In this document: positions 62,418 to 64,000 of the stretch, one piece after another
Position numbering within the stretch: position 1 is the first letter of the stretch
Layout: every line of letters starts with the position of its first letter
Assembly (NCBI GenBank): GCA_012729755.1
Contig: JAAYCN010000030.1
Span: 18,738-82,737 of the forward strand
DNA: 64,000 bases
DNA from: Chloroflexota bacterium
GTDB taxonomy: Bacteria; Chloroflexota; Anaerolineae; Anaerolineales; Anaerolineaceae
Direction of reading: 5' to 3'
Translations under genes and position numbers: made by a program
Notes under the pieces: model-generated
The model's database searches: none
What the model saw: the letters and a program-made list of their open reading frames with translations, nothing else
Told to the model about the DNA's origin: nothing

Positions 62418-63668
62418 TTATTGAACTTTACCATCAATGTAATCTTGTAATGTCTTTCCAGGATAATAATGTTCAAAGGCTTCGGCAACATTTTCAGGAG
62501 TGATCGCCATGTTCGCGTAGAAAACAACTCCCGGGATCGGTGCGCCATTGAGGAGATTAACCATCTGGCTCATGCACCAGTTAGCTGGCGCAATCGAAGA
62601 ATAGGCTGCGGTACCAACAATGAGACCATCCTTAATACCTTTCAGAATGGGTTTATCCTGATCCACCGAGGATAAAAGAATATCATTTCGGTTGTTTGCT
62701 TCTTTGGCGTTCATCATGCCTATCGTGGCTGAAGAGTAAAGGCCCCACGCGCCAATCATGTCGGGATAAGCCTTGAGTGCTCCGTCAAACGCTGTGTAAT
62801 GCTCTTCTGGGGAAATACCTGTTAACTCCTCAACTTTGATGTCAGGATACTTGGTAAAGGTGTCAACAAAGCCCTTGGCTCGAGTAGCCGCGTTTGGGTG
62901 AACAAATGGCAGGGTTTGATAAACAATCGTGCCTTTCATTTCCTTGCCGGAGTCAAGCAGCGCTTTTTCGAGCAAAGATCCAGCGATGGCGCCTTGTTCA
63001 ACAGTTTCACCAATGACCAAAGAGTCTACGTTACCAGCCAAAGGAGCGTTCAGCGAGACCACTGGAATTCCAGCCTTCTCAAGCGCATCCAGAGCTGTCT
63101 TTACGCCGGTAAAATCGCAAGGCGCGAGAATTACGCCATCAACACCTTGAAGTATCCATTGTTCGATAGCCTGGTTCTGCGCGTTCTGATCATAGTTCGC
63201 ATCATTGACTAATAGTTCAACACCAGCCTGTTCCGCAGCATTTTTCATTGTATCGAGGATCATTGAACCGACTTCATCCACGGTGTAATACACTGAAAAA
63301 CCAATGGTGTATTTTTCTTTTGCGGTCGGAATAGGCGTGGTCATTTCATCAGGAACACTCACAGCGCCTGGATTTCTGATCTCAACAGCAGCTTCAACAC
63401 CAACAGCCTCATACCAGCCATTCAGGTCAAAGACAACATCCGCGTCTCCTACATAAGTAAAATCCGCGACATTCGGGTTTTCCACTTCTGCTGGAGCTTC
63501 AGCCGGCTTCTCTTCTGCAGGAGCTTCGGCTGGTTTTTCTTCAGCCGGTGCCTCAGCGGGTTTTTCTTCTGTAGGGGGAACAGCAGTTGGCGCGACAGCG
63601 GGCGCACATGCCGAAATCAGCAGGATGAACGCGAGCAATGCCGCAACGAAAGGGGTATATTTTTTCAT
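62418..63668 (-). CDS. Sugar ABC transporter substrate-binding lipoprotein (Peripla_BP_1/4, ribose/xylose type) with a repeated EEKPAEAPA linker
   Basis: Lipobox LLISAC, three EEKPAEAPA repeats, then a periplasmic-binding fold (GVDGVILAP..., D.D). Confidence 0.85.
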   Translation of the reverse strand: MKKYTPFVAALLAFILLISACAPAVAPTAVPPTEEKPAEAPAEEKPAEAPAEEKPAEAPAEVENPNVADFTYVGDADVVFDLNGWYEAVGVEAAVEIRNPGAVSVPDEMTTPIPTAKEKYTIGFSVYYTVDEVGSMILDTMKNAAEQAGVELLVNDANYDQNAQNQAIEQWILQGVDGVILAPCDFTGVKTALDALEKAGIPVVSLNAPLAGNVDSLVIGETVEQGAIAGSLLEKALLDSGKEMKGTIVYQTLPFVHPNAATRAKGFVDTFTKYPDIKVEELTGISPEEHYTAFDGALKAYPDMIGAWGLYSSATIGMMNAKEANNRNDILLSSVDQDKPILKGIKDGLIVGTAAYSSIAPANWCMSQMVNLLNGAPIPGVVFYANMAITPENVAEAFEHYYPGKTLQDYIDGKVQ

Positions 63669-63804
63669 TTTTTGTCTCCTTCTATCTCATTAATCTGGTT
63701 GTGAATTTTTTTTATGACGAAAGCTGAAAACATTCGTTCTTTTATAATTTTCTCCTTTCTGCTTGTAATTGTGTCGTGCCACAAGCAATTTTGATAATGC
63801 CTGA

Positions 63805-64000
63805 TCATTTCTTTGACTTAAGCGCATTGTCCATCAGAACTGCAAGGACAATAACCAAGCCTTTGACAAGGATTTGAACATGATATTGAGCTCCCAATAA
63901 AGACATGCCGTTGTTGAGAGAAGCCATGATCAAGCAGCCGCCCAGTGTTCCCCAAATGGTCCCTATACCGCCTGAAATAGCTGTTCCCCCCAGAATCACG
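63805..64000 (-). CDS. Sugar ABC transporter permease (RbsC-like), C-terminal fragment; the gene continues beyond the window
   Basis: GGTAISGG.GTIWGTL.G......L.NG..LLG......I.KG..IVLAV is a typical C-terminus for this permease family. Confidence 0.8.
   Translation of the reverse strand, partial: VILGGTAISGGIGTIWGTLGGCLIMASLNNGMSLLGAQYHVQILVKGLVIVLAVLMDNALKSKK

Noticed and set aside
63481-63575. Short tandem DNA repeats (3 x 27 nt) that might suggest a mini-CRISPR or VNTR.
   Set aside because: They lie in frame within the sugar-binding lipoprotein gene and encode an EEKPAEAPA x3 linker just after the lipobox. There are no spacers or cas genes. No CRISPR array was seen anywhere in the window.

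Overview
The window reads as ordinary chromosomal core rather than an accessory or defence island. It is densely coded and moderately GC-rich by eye. I saw no transposase, phage module, CRISPR array or recognisable defence genes. Pro/Thr-rich linkers, LCP and YkuD wall enzymes and a corrinoid-salvage gene set hint at a Chloroflexota/Anaerolineae-like organism, but that is a low-confidence inference.

Content in order:
- 1-1016: 3' part of a GH2-like glycosidase.
- 1055-1128 (-): tRNA-Val(GAC).
- 1475-2518 (-): secreted 7-bladed BNR/Asp-box propeller gene, bracketed by an 87-nt direct repeat.
- 3020-15197: a cobalamin riboswitch leading a long + strand operon, btuFCD-cobO-nrdDG-cobQ-cbiB-cobD-cobS-(cbiR-like)-cobU.
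- 15646-16479 (-): thioredoxin-fold/TPR protein.
- 17002-20221 (-): peptidoglycan-remodelling trio of two YkuD L,D-transpeptidases and an amidase.
- 20312-25608: AMMECR1, DUF4013, two tandem DarA/YaaQ-like PII proteins, ycgN-like, yjjX-like, dcd and a fused formimidoyltransferase-cyclodeaminase.
- 25808-27103: a DUF2089 gene followed by two SHOCT-like genes.
- 27248-31453: a P-type ATPase translationally coupled to two TrkA/RCK genes.
- 31543-38001: gltX, then a block of HATPase-like protein, LCP, degenerate tyrosine-recombinase-like protein and a second LCP.
- 37994-50350: tilS, extended coaE, cdaA-cdaR, der, lepB, a zinc-ribbon protein, a PIN-TRAM protein, cysS, rlmB, DUF456 and serS.
- 50477-55164: LysM protein, two tandem double-GNAT paralogues and a large polytopic membrane protein.
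- 55291-64000: a SorC-regulated E1alpha/E1beta/E2 operon convergent with an FGGY kinase, an aldo-keto reductase and a sugar ABC transporter.

All functional calls come from motif recognition by eye and from gene context. No database search was run.

The most system-like unexplained items are:
- the P-type ATPase plus two-RCK operon;
- the duplicated riboswitch promoter around the BNR gene;
- the catalytically degenerate recombinase-like gene between two LCP genes;
- the DUF2089/SHOCT triad;
- the tandem DarA-like pair.

I did not find a clear, compelling novel system. The scores reflect that.
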